From contig JAPZAS010000020.1 of the NCBI GenBank assembly GCA_027460525.1, forward strand, positions 38,598 through 70,597: a stretch of DNA of 32,000 nucleotides, written 5' to 3'. Position numbers and translations under genes: made by a program. Position 1 is the first letter of the stretch, and each line of letters begins with the position of its first letter. This document shows positions 17,589 through 25,793 of the stretch, in pieces. Under the pieces are notes generated by a model. The model made no database searches and was not told the origin of the DNA. It was given only the letters and a program-made list of their open reading frames with translations. Source of the DNA: Candidatus Methanoperedens sp. (GTDB lineage: Archaea; Halobacteriota; Methanosarcinia; Methanosarcinales; Methanoperedenaceae).

Positions 17589-17692
17589 TGTTATTTCTAT
17601 AAACAGAAGTTGCATCGGCTTCCTATCGGCGCCGAAATTATAAAAAATTGCTTTGATAAATATCATGAAATAAAATCAGATGAGGATTGCAA

Positions 17693-18385
17693 ATGCTCCT
17701 GAAAACCTTCACCCTCACTCTCGCCTCCACCCGCCCCATCCACGCCCCAGCCTCGCTTCTGCGCGGCTTCTTCGCCACAAAGTTCAACGAATACTCCCTC
17801 TTCCACCAGCACAATGCAGACAGGCTCATCTACCGCTACCCTCTCGTACAGTACAAGATGATAGACGGCGCGCCCATGGTCATCGGCATCAATGACGGCG
17901 CCGAAGTTTTAAAACAGGTTTATGATAAATACGATGAGATAAAACTCGGCGAGGAGGTTTATGAGATCGTCGAGAAAGGCATCGCTGTGAGAAATCAGGA
18001 GTTCGGGATAAGCGATAAGTTCCATTCCTATGAGTTCATCACACCATGGCTTGCGCTCAATCAGGAGAATTACATGAAGTACTACGGTCTTAAGAGTCAT
18101 GAGGATAGACATGAATTCCTGAGAAAAACGCTCATTGGGAACCTTCTATCCATGTCGAAAACGCTGGATTATCAGGTGCCTGAAGAGATAAAATGCGATG
18201 TCCAGGTAAATATCAGGAAAAGCAAGTTGAAAGATGTAAACGTGATGACCTTCATCGGAAGATTCTGTACCAACTTCATCATACCTGATTATCTTGGCAT
18301 CGGGAAATCGGTTTCAAGAGGATTTGGCGCCGTTATCAGAAATAATGATTTAAAAATGAACTTTAATAATATATACCAAAGTTAA
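17693..18385 (+). CDS. cas6: Cas6 crRNA endoribonuclease (Cas6b-like)
   Basis: The C-terminal glycine-rich loop LGIGKSVSRGFGAVI is the Cas6 signature. The size and context are RAMP-like. The ATG at 17693 is preferred over 17687 for two reasons: GAGGA lies 7 nt upstream, and the degenerate upstream copies align from this ATG. Confidence 0.8.
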   Translation: MLLKTFTLTLASTRPIHAPASLLRGFFATKFNEYSLFHQHNADRLIYRYPLVQYKMIDGAPMVIGINDGAEVLKQVYDKYDEIKLGEEVYEIVEKGIAVRNQEFGISDKFHSYEFITPWLALNQENYMKYYGLKSHEDRHEFLRKTLIGNLLSMSKTLDYQVPEEIKCDVQVNIRKSKLKDVNVMTFIGRFCTNFIIPDYLGIGKSVSRGFGAVIRNNDLKMNFNNIYQS

Positions 18386-18458
18386 CAAATATGAGAACTA
18401 TAGTGTATAAAATAATTAGAAAATATCCCCCTGAAATGCAGGAGACCATGTTGAGGAA

Positions 18459-18920
18459 GTGAAATCGGTGACCATGCAGACGAAAAATAAGTTGCCCGTT
18501 GAAAAACTCATCAGCAAGCTGAATAAAGAATTTGAATTTATAAACGACGAAGTTGAAGGTATTTTACTTTATGGTTCATGTGCATTGAATACTGCGGATG
18601 AACGCTCTGATATAGACATATGCATCATTAAACCCCGGACACACGGAATTTTGAACAGGATTTTTCAAAAGGTTGGCGATAAGTACGATGTGAAAATCTT
18701 CGAAGAGCTGCCCCTTTATGTAAAAATAGACATAATCGAAAACTACAAAGTGGTATACGGAGATGAGCCCTCGATTTCTTATTATTTCTACAATTTCAGA
18801 AAAAATTGGGAAGACATGGAATACAGGATAGTGAACAACAGATTCCGCACTGTATCTGAGATGAACATAACCAGGAGGAGATGGTTTGAAAGAAGAAGAC
18901 AGGTACCTGTCAAAGGTTGA
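18459..18920 (+). CDS. mntA: Minimal nucleotidyltransferase (MNT), putative antitoxin
   Basis: ILLYGSCALNTADERSDIDICII matches the GS...DxD NTase motif. The start is uncertain (GTG at 18459 or ATG at 18474). It overlaps the downstream HEPN gene. Confidence 0.7.
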   Translation: MKSVTMQTKNKLPVEKLISKLNKEFEFINDEVEGILLYGSCALNTADERSDIDICIIKPRTHGILNRIFQKVGDKYDVKIFEELPLYVKIDIIENYKVVYGDEPSISYYFYNFRKNWEDMEYRIVNNRFRTVSEMNITRRRWFERRRQVPVKG

Positions 18921-19269
18921 AAGATTTACCGAGGAAGAAGAATTTATTTCTACACACACGATAGACAATGACGTAACCGAGCGCGCCTTGCTGTATTCTC
19001 TTCAGGTTGTAGTAGAGATATCCATGGATATAATTGCCATGAAAGTACGGGACATGGGCTTGAAGGTCGAAGATGACGCCACGAATATTGAAAAAATCAC
19101 AGATAAAAAAATAATATCACAAAACGAAGGGGATTTTTTAAGACAGATGAACGGGGTCCGGAACTTCATAGTCCACAGGTATGATTATCTTGATATGGAT
19201 ATTGTAAATGAGGCTCTTTCAAGAATCAACGAGCTAAAAGGGATAATCGTAAAAGTGGCAGAATACTGA
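18886..19269 (+). CDS. hepT: HEPN (DUF86) domain protein, putative RNase toxin
   Basis: RNFIVHRYDYLD matches the Rx4H HEPN motif. The TTG start at 18886 is preceded by AGGAGGAG. The gene is paired and overlapping with the MNT gene. Confidence 0.7.
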   Translation: MKEEDRYLSKVERFTEEEEFISTHTIDNDVTERALLYSLQVVVEISMDIIAMKVRDMGLKVEDDATNIEKITDKKIISQNEGDFLRQMNGVRNFIVHRYDYLDMDIVNEALSRINELKGIIVKVAEY

Positions 19270-19270
19270 C

Positions 19271-20239
19271 ATGCAACTCGTAATAAACACGCGCGGCGCG
19301 TATCTCAAAAAGGAAAAGAACTGCTTCCTTGTGAAGAACGACGACAAGAGCTTTGAGGTTTCAGCCGACAAGGTGGACAGCATACTCATAACAACTTCAG
19401 CGACCATTACCACAGATGCTATCGAATTTGCAGTTGAGAACAATATTGATATTGTATTCCTGAACTACTTTGGCGATCCTTACGGCAGGGTGTGGCACTC
19501 CAAGCTTGGAAGCACGACACTTATACGGCGCCGGCAGCTTGAAGCTGAAGCCTCATCTGTGGGGTTCAACCTGGCGCGCGGCTGGATAGCGCAGAAGCTT
19601 GAGAACCAGCTTGATTTCCTCAAAGACCTGAAAAAGAACCGACCCGATGACTATGAGACTTTCGGGCAGTACATTGTGAAAATTAGCCAATCGAAGGATG
19701 ACCTCATGAACATGAAAGGCTCACTTGACGAAAAGCGCGGCTCGATAATGGGGATGGAGGGCATGGCTTCATTGACGTATTTCGAGGCGCTAGCCAGCAT
19801 TATGCCAGAGACATGGAAGTTTGCAGGAAGAAGCCGTGACCCGGCGCAGGATGCTTTCAACTGCCTCCTCAACTACGGTTACGGGGTTCTGTATTCACAG
19901 GTCGAAAAAGCATGCATCATCGCAGGACTTGACCCATATATGGGCTTCCTGCACACCGATAATTATAACAAGAAATCCTTTGTTTTCGACCTTATTGAGA
20001 TTTTCAGGATACATATCGACAGGACGGTTATAAACCTTTTTTCAAAAAAACAGGTGCATGAGGGCTTATTCGACAAAATCCCCGGCGGCTTATACATGAA
20101 TAAGGATGGTAAAGCGGTATTGATCTCAGCGGTCAATGAAACCCTTGACAAAGAAATCGAATACAATGGGCGCAATGTCAAAGTCAGGAACACGATCCAG
20201 ATGGAATGCCACAGCATAGCGAACAGTTTGATAAAATAG
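19271..20239 (+). CDS. cas1: Cas1 integrase
   Basis: The 322-aa product begins MQLVINTRGAYLKKEKNCFLV...ILITTSATITTDAIEFAVENNIDIVFLNYFGDPYGRV and contains NCLLNYGYGVLY and DPYMGFLH. These are canonical Cas1 motifs. Confidence 0.9.
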   Translation: MQLVINTRGAYLKKEKNCFLVKNDDKSFEVSADKVDSILITTSATITTDAIEFAVENNIDIVFLNYFGDPYGRVWHSKLGSTTLIRRRQLEAEASSVGFNLARGWIAQKLENQLDFLKDLKKNRPDDYETFGQYIVKISQSKDDLMNMKGSLDEKRGSIMGMEGMASLTYFEALASIMPETWKFAGRSRDPAQDAFNCLLNYGYGVLYSQVEKACIIAGLDPYMGFLHTDNYNKKSFVFDLIEIFRIHIDRTVINLFSKKQVHEGLFDKIPGGLYMNKDGKAVLISAVNETLDKEIEYNGRNVKVRNTIQMECHSIANSLIK

Positions 20240-20250
20240 GAGGAGCTTAA

Positions 20251-20544
20251 ATGACAATGGTTTGGGTGGTTTACGATATTGCAGATAACACCACGCGCAA
20301 GAACGTCGCACGCATCTGCCTTGACAAAGGGCTGTACCGGGTGCAAAAGAGCGTTTTTCTTGGTACTCTTAATGCAAACGATAGGGATTCTCTCGCCCTG
20401 GAATGCGAGGAAGAAATCGACCTCGATGTTGATTCTGTATATGTTTTTCCGATGGATGACGAATCGTTCAGGAAAGTAAAGCTCCTCGGTCAGGCTTTTG
20501 ACAAAGAGCTTGTGAGTGATGAGGTATTGACAAAATTCTTTTGA
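20251..20544 (+). CDS. cas2: Cas2
   Basis: The 97-aa product contains VVYDIADNTTRKNVARICLDKGLYRVQKSVF, the typical Cas2 N-terminal ferredoxin fold. Confidence 0.85.
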   Translation: MTMVWVVYDIADNTTRKNVARICLDKGLYRVQKSVFLGTLNANDRDSLALECEEEIDLDVDSVYVFPMDDESFRKVKLLGQAFDKELVSDEVLTKFF

Positions 20545-20556
20545 AGAAAATAGATT

Positions 20557-21147
20557 ATGACTGCCGGAGATACGATTATCACCATTTCTGATGTGCTTGA
20601 GTACCTTTTCTGCCCGCGTTTCATTTATTTTATGCACTGCCTGGATATCCCGCAGCATGAGGAATCGAGGTTCAAGGTTTTGAAGGGAAGGGAAGTCCAT
20701 GAGGAAAAACGGATAACGAATACGGAGTACCTGCGAAAGAAACTCGGAGTTGTGAAAAAAGAACTGAACGTATTCATTGCTTCAAAAAAGAACCACATTA
20801 AAGGGATTGTGGACGAGATTCTGTTCCTTGATGACGGGACTGCAGCGCCTTTTGAATATAAATTTGCTGAGTTCAAGGATACTATTTTCAAAACCCACAA
20901 ATTCCAACTAGTGCTGCATGCCATCATGATTAAAGAGAATTACAACATTGATGTAAGAAGAGGATTTATCTGTTTTACACGAAGCAATAACCACATCGAA
21001 GAGGTGGATTTTACGGAAAAGGATTTTAAAAAAGGAATTGAAATCGTTGATGAAATCCTTGAAATCATTGACAAAGGCTTTTATCCGGGTAAGTCCAAAT
21101 ATAAGAATAAGTGCATTGACTGCTGTTACAGTAACATCTGCACCTGA
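20557..21147 (+). CDS. cas4: Cas4 (RecB-like nuclease with a 4-Cys cluster)
   Basis: The N-terminal Cys lies in YLFCPRFIYF and the C-terminal cysteines in CIDCCYSNIC. D..E.K-like nuclease core residues are present (DEILFLDD...EYKF). The gene sits directly before the leader. Confidence 0.85.
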   Translation: MTAGDTIITISDVLEYLFCPRFIYFMHCLDIPQHEESRFKVLKGREVHEEKRITNTEYLRKKLGVVKKELNVFIASKKNHIKGIVDEILFLDDGTAAPFEYKFAEFKDTIFKTHKFQLVLHAIMIKENYNIDVRRGFICFTRSNNHIEEVDFTEKDFKKGIEIVDEILEIIDKGFYPGKSKYKNKCIDCCYSNICT

Positions 21148-21255
21148 TTTTCTTATTCTTATAAACCAATCTATAATTTTATACCAAGAATTTTGAGCAC
21201 AAAATCTAAGTTATTATAGAGCATATTTTCCCCTAATTAGCCGAAAATTCGTGCT
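21148..21255 (+). promoter_or_regulatory. CRISPR leader (AT-rich)
   Basis: This 108-bp AT-rich segment lies between the cas4 stop and the first repeat and has several TATA-like runs (TTATAAA, TATAATTTTATA). Repeat degeneration occurs at the far end of the array, which supports this as the leader side. Confidence 0.7.
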
Positions 21256-22979
21256 ATTCAAGAAGCACATCCACTAAAACAAGGATTGAAACTATCCCAG
21301 TCGAATGTAGGGGATTTGCCAAGTCTTATTCAAGAAGCACATCCACTAAAACAAGGATTGAAACATAGGTATGGCATCTTACAAAAAATGCGGTAAGGAT
21401 ATATTCAAGAAGCACATCCACTAAAACAAGGATTGAAACCTGCAATGCAGGAAATGAACGGGAAAACCTACAGGATTCAAGAAGCACATCCACTAAAACA
21501 AGGATTGAAACTATAGTACCTCCTTTTTCTATAGAAAAAGGTTCTAATTCAAGAAGCACATCCACTAAAACAAGGATTGAAACATGGAAGTGCTTTATCA
21601 TTTATCAATAAATCAGTAGGATTCAAGAAGCACATCCACTAAAACAAGGATTGAAACAAGGGCATGTGAAGCTCACGGTAAGAGATGCAGAAATTCAAGA
21701 AGCACATCCACTAAAACAAGGATTGAAACATATCGAAACAGAGCAGAAGCGAATCCAGGACATTGATTCAAGAAGCACATCCACTAAAACAAGGATTGAA
21801 ACCGGAACAAACCAACATTTCAACTCCAGCCTATTCACCATCATTCAAGAAGCACATCCACTAAAACAAGGATTGAAACATATGAAAACTAAAATAATCG
21901 GAATTGTAATTTCAAATTCAAGAAGCACATCCACTAAAACAAGGATTGAAACCAGGCGGGATGGCTGCAATATCCGCTGCAGTTGGAAGTATTCAAGAAG
22001 CACATCCACTAAAACAAGGATTGAAACTCACCATGGTAGTTCAAACCCTCAAGATCAGCGATATTCAAGAAGCACATCCACTAAAACAAGGATTGAAACA
22101 ACCTCCTGTTCCGATTGTGGTTTGTCGTTGTGTTATTCAAGAAGCACATCCACTAAAACAAGGATTGAAACTTTGACAATAATATCTTGCTGGCTGTTCC
22201 TGTTTCGTATTCAAGAAGCACATCCACTAAAACAAGGATTGAAACTGATTACTGATTACCGTTATGGAAACGGATCGGTTTATTCAAGAAGCACATCCAC
22301 TAAAACAAGGATTGAAACGGAGCTCGATAATGAGGGCGGGATATATCGTAAGACTATTCAAGAAGCACATCCACTAAAACAAGGATTGAAACAGCACGAA
22401 CAATGCATCATCATTGTCAGCAAACATCGAATTCAAGAAGCACATCCACTAAAACAAGGATTGAAACTATGATATCTGTGGACTATGCCCCATGTTGCAG
22501 CATATTCAAGAAGCACATCCACTAAAACAAGGATTGAAACCATGCCTCGATAACAACCGGTCGCTGTTCCAGTTCATTCAAGAAGCACATCCACTAAAAC
22601 AAGGATTGAAACCATATTCTACGGCAGTGTGCCCTTCCCTTAACAATTCATTCAAGAAGCACATCCACTAAAACAAGGATTGAAACAATTCCCGCACCGG
22701 TGCAGGCATCGCTATATACTGTAAAATTCAAGAAGCACATCCACTAAAACAAGGATTGAAACATACCATCCTCGGACAAAGTCTGGCCGCCAAGGTTATT
22801 CAAGAAGCACATCCACTAAAACAAGGATTGAAACTTCATTATCAGATTTTACAGGGCATAAAAAATATAAATTCAAGAGGCACATCCACTAAAACAAGGA
22901 TTGAAACTAGCGACTACAACTTATCCAAGCACTCCCCAAATAATTCAAGAGGCACATCCACTAAAACAAGGATTGAAAC
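21256..22979 (+). CRISPR. CRISPR array with 24 repeats of 37 nt and 23 spacers of 35-40 nt
   Basis: The repeat is ATTCAAGAAGCACATCCACTAAAACAAGGATTGAAAC. Repeat starts, counted by hand, are 21256, 21328, 21403, 21475, 21547, 21621, 21693, 21766, 21843, 21916, 21991, 22063, 22135, 22209, 22282, 22356, 22431, 22504, 22576, 22650, 22726, 22798, 22871 and 22943. The last two repeats carry the same A-to-G change (AAGAGGCAC). The 3' ATTGAAAC is the standard I-B 8-nt handle. Confidence 0.97.
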
Positions 22980-23072
22980 TGGAGGCATAAAATGGTAACT
23001 AAAATCACATCGGTCTGGCTCACGCCTAACCCATTGTACCAGCATGATTTAAGACTAACGAATGCTGTCATG

Positions 23073-23118
23073 TTTGATGAACCGTCTAAAAAGGGCGAGA
23101 ATCTTTGCGTTCATCAAA
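23073..23118. repeat. Inverted repeat containing an iteron-like motif, at the distal border of the CRISPR-Cas locus
   Basis: TTTGATGAAC (23073-23082) and GTTCATCAAA (23109-23118) are reverse complements. CTTTGCGTTCATCA at 23103-23116 is identical to the same 14-mer in the cas3-cas6 spacer region, at about 17353-17366. Confidence 0.6.
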
Positions 23119-23161
23119 TGCCTAAGAAAACTTATTTGCTAAGTAAGCCAATCCTACCTGT

Positions 23162-23572
23162 ATGAGAACCGTTTATCTCGCAGCACCGCTTTTTTCGGAA
23201 GCCGAGCATGATTTTAACCGCAAACTCAGGGATGAGATAAAGTACGCGGGCTTTGCGGTTTTTCTGCCGCAGGAGGATTCGAACAATGTCAGGGCTGAGA
23301 ACAGGCAGAAGATCATTTTTAATAAAAACCTGGCTGCAATCGAAGGCTCGGATATAATTGTGGCTGTGATTGACGGTACGGATGTTGATTCCGGCACTGC
23401 ATGGGAAATCGGCTATGCCTTTGCAAAAAATAAACCCGTAATCGGGCTGAGGACAGATTTCCGGACGCTGGGTATTGAGGGCGTTGTAAACCTGATGATC
23501 GAGAGGTCTGCAATTCTTTGCACCAGTATTCCAGAGCTGTTAAATCGTTTAAAGCTCATGAAAACTTCCTGA
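23162..23572 (+). CDS. Nucleoside 2-deoxyribosyltransferase-like protein
   Basis: MRTVYLAAPLFSEAE...FLPQE...DGTDVDSGTAWEIGYAFAKNKPVIGLRTD matches the family pattern of PF05014-type proteins. Confidence 0.65.
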   Translation: MRTVYLAAPLFSEAEHDFNRKLRDEIKYAGFAVFLPQEDSNNVRAENRQKIIFNKNLAAIEGSDIIVAVIDGTDVDSGTAWEIGYAFAKNKPVIGLRTDFRTLGIEGVVNLMIERSAILCTSIPELLNRLKLMKTS

Positions 23573-23597
23573 GCAAAAACAGCAATAAAAGGCGTCT

Positions 23598-24149
23598 ATG
23601 GACAACGTTTATGAAAAATCATCTCTTGTATTCACCATCGGACATTCCACGCGCACGCTGGATGATTTTATCAGCCTGTTGAAAGCGCATTCCGTAGCAA
23701 TGGTTGTAGACATACGCACAGTTCCGCGCTCAAGGCACAATCCCCAATTCAACATCGAAACCCTGCCTGATAACCTGAGGGCCGCGGGCATAGGCTACAT
23801 GCACATGCCCGGATTGGGTGGGCTTCGCCGCCCGCGAAAAGATTCACCAAATATGGGCTGGCGCAACATGTCTTTCAGAGGTTTTGCCGACTACATGCAG
23901 ACACAGGAATTTGAGACAAACTTGCAGGAGTTGATGCGTATTGCAGCATCGGTTCAGGTTGCATTGCTGTGCGCCGAAGCTGTTCCATGGCGCTGTCATC
24001 GCTCTTTGATTGCAGACGCGCTCCTGGTTCGTGGTATCAGGGTTGAGCACATTCTGGGCTTAAACCGCTCACCCCACAAGATTACGCAGTTTGCAAAGGT
24101 GAATGGGATGAAAATCACGTACCCATCTTCCGATGCTGCAGATAAATGA
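23598..24149 (+). CDS. DUF488 family protein
   Basis: FTIGHSTRTLDDFISLLKAHSVAMVVDIRTVPRSRHNPQFN...LLCAEAVPWRCHRSLIADAL is the characteristic DUF488 pattern. Confidence 0.7.
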   Translation: MDNVYEKSSLVFTIGHSTRTLDDFISLLKAHSVAMVVDIRTVPRSRHNPQFNIETLPDNLRAAGIGYMHMPGLGGLRRPRKDSPNMGWRNMSFRGFADYMQTQEFETNLQELMRIAASVQVALLCAEAVPWRCHRSLIADALLVRGIRVEHILGLNRSPHKITQFAKVNGMKITYPSSDAADK

Positions 24150-24201
24150 AAAGCTACTTAAACTCCAAGAGAACATAATAATATAGAGGAGGCTGGAATT
24201 C

Positions 24202-25476
24202 GTGGAAATTAAAAATCATGAAAGATTACACGCCGATGACCGGAATCTCTGTAAACTGGCTATAAGTGAAATGGGAGGTATATATTCCGATCTTGGTCTT
24301 TCGGAAGAAGAACTGGATTTGCTGGACATGCCGAGGCGTTCTTTTACAGTCCATTTCCCTGTGAGGATGGACTCGGGAAAAATAAAAATGTTCGTGGGGC
24401 ACAGGGTGCAGTACAACGATGCCCGCGGTCCTGCCAAAGGGGGTATAAGATTCCACCCCGAATTGACGCTCGACCATGTCAAGGATCTTTCCTTTCTGAT
24501 GGCGCTTAAATGCGCGGTTGTAAACATACCCTTCGGGGGATCAAAAGGCGGCGTTGTGGTAAACCCAAAGGAACTCAGCAGGAACGAGCTTGAACAGGTC
24601 ACCAGGGGTTATATCCGCGCCATAGCAAGCCACATCGGACCTTTCAAGGATATCCCGGCGCCCGATGTTTATACCGATGAGAAAATCATGGTGTGGATAC
24701 TCGATGAATACGAGCGGATAAATGGAGTTCATATACCTGCGGTGGTCACGGGGAAACCCATCGAACTGGGAGGCAGCAAGGCACGAAGCTATTCAACATC
24801 CCTTGGCGGAATCTATATCCTCGAGGAAGCGATGAGGAGAATGGATATGGATAAATTCGAGGTGAGTATCGCTATCCAGGGGTTCGGGAACGTTGGGGAG
24901 AACGCAGCCCGCATACTGTATGAAAAAGGGTATAAGGTGATCGCGGTAAGTGATTCAAAAGGCGGGATAATAAATAAAGACGGTCTTGATATCCAGGCTG
25001 TGATGAAGCACAAGGCTGAAACTGAGAGTGTTGTGGATTTCGAGGGAAGCAAAAACATAACCAACGAGGAACTTCTGACCTGCGGGTGCGATATCCTGGT
25101 TCCTGCAGCGCTTTCAGACCAGCTCAATAAAAGCAATGCGCAGGATGTAAAGGCGAAAATGGTGCTGGAGCTTGCCAACGCCCCGACAACAAAAGAGGCT
25201 GACGATATATTCTTCGAGAAGAACATAATGCTCATACCCGATGTGCTTGCCAATGCAGGGGGCGTTGTTGTGAGCTATTTTGAATGGAGCCAGAACCTCA
25301 ATAACGATTACTGGGAGGAGGATAAGGTTCTGGAAAGGCTCAAAAAAATCATGATTACCGCCTTCAATGATGTTTACTCGCATTGCGATGAAAAAAATTG
25401 CAGAATGAGAAGGTCGGCATACCAGCTTGCAATAAAAAGAATACTGCACGCTGAACGATTGCGCGGGAATCTGTAA
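24202..25476 (+). CDS. gdhA: Glutamate dehydrogenase (Glu/Leu/Phe/Val dehydrogenase family)
   Basis: Supporting motifs are GPAKGGIRFHP, the catalytic Lys region PFGGSKGG, and the Rossmann motif IQGFGNVG. The protein is 424 aa. The GTG start is uncertain. Confidence 0.85.
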   Translation: MEIKNHERLHADDRNLCKLAISEMGGIYSDLGLSEEELDLLDMPRRSFTVHFPVRMDSGKIKMFVGHRVQYNDARGPAKGGIRFHPELTLDHVKDLSFLMALKCAVVNIPFGGSKGGVVVNPKELSRNELEQVTRGYIRAIASHIGPFKDIPAPDVYTDEKIMVWILDEYERINGVHIPAVVTGKPIELGGSKARSYSTSLGGIYILEEAMRRMDMDKFEVSIAIQGFGNVGENAARILYEKGYKVIAVSDSKGGIINKDGLDIQAVMKHKAETESVVDFEGSKNITNEELLTCGCDILVPAALSDQLNKSNAQDVKAKMVLELANAPTTKEADDIFFEKNIMLIPDVLANAGGVVVSYFEWSQNLNNDYWEEDKVLERLKKIMITAFNDVYSHCDEKNCRMRRSAYQLAIKRILHAERLRGNL

Positions 25477-25793
25477 TTATGGAATCATTGATCTTGGCTC
25501 TGTCGGGCAGGGATGCGGTGGAGAAATGCATTTATCGCAGAACTGCGCTGCTGGGTGAGGAAGGTTTATAGGCAAAAAACGATAGCGAGCCCCAATATCA
25601 TTCAAGTACGGGGTTATGGTTGATTGTAGTTACTTTTATACCTAAACTCCTTATCAAACCATGTTGGTAGGTATATCCGGATACAATATATTACGCTTTA
25701 ACTTTACTTTGTCGGATTAGATTGTTACTTCGGCTACAGATATTCATGCTAAAGCTGCACTATAACTATAATCTTTAGCTACGAGTTGACCTT

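Noticed and set aside
19963-20700. A 245-aa minus-strand ORF antisense to cas1, cas2 and cas4.
   Set aside because: It lies entirely within three well-supported plus-strand genes. It has no recognisable motifs, and spanning three gene junctions is implausible for a real gene.
21326-22998. Track ORFs inside the CRISPR array: 21326..21601 (-), 21651..22472 (+), 21946..22176 (+) and 22756..22998 (+). Their peptides are repetitive (IQEAHPLKQGLK, SRSTSTKTRIET).
   Set aside because: The periodic peptides are simply the 37-nt repeat translated in different frames. No stop happens to occur in the repeat in those frames, so these are not genes.
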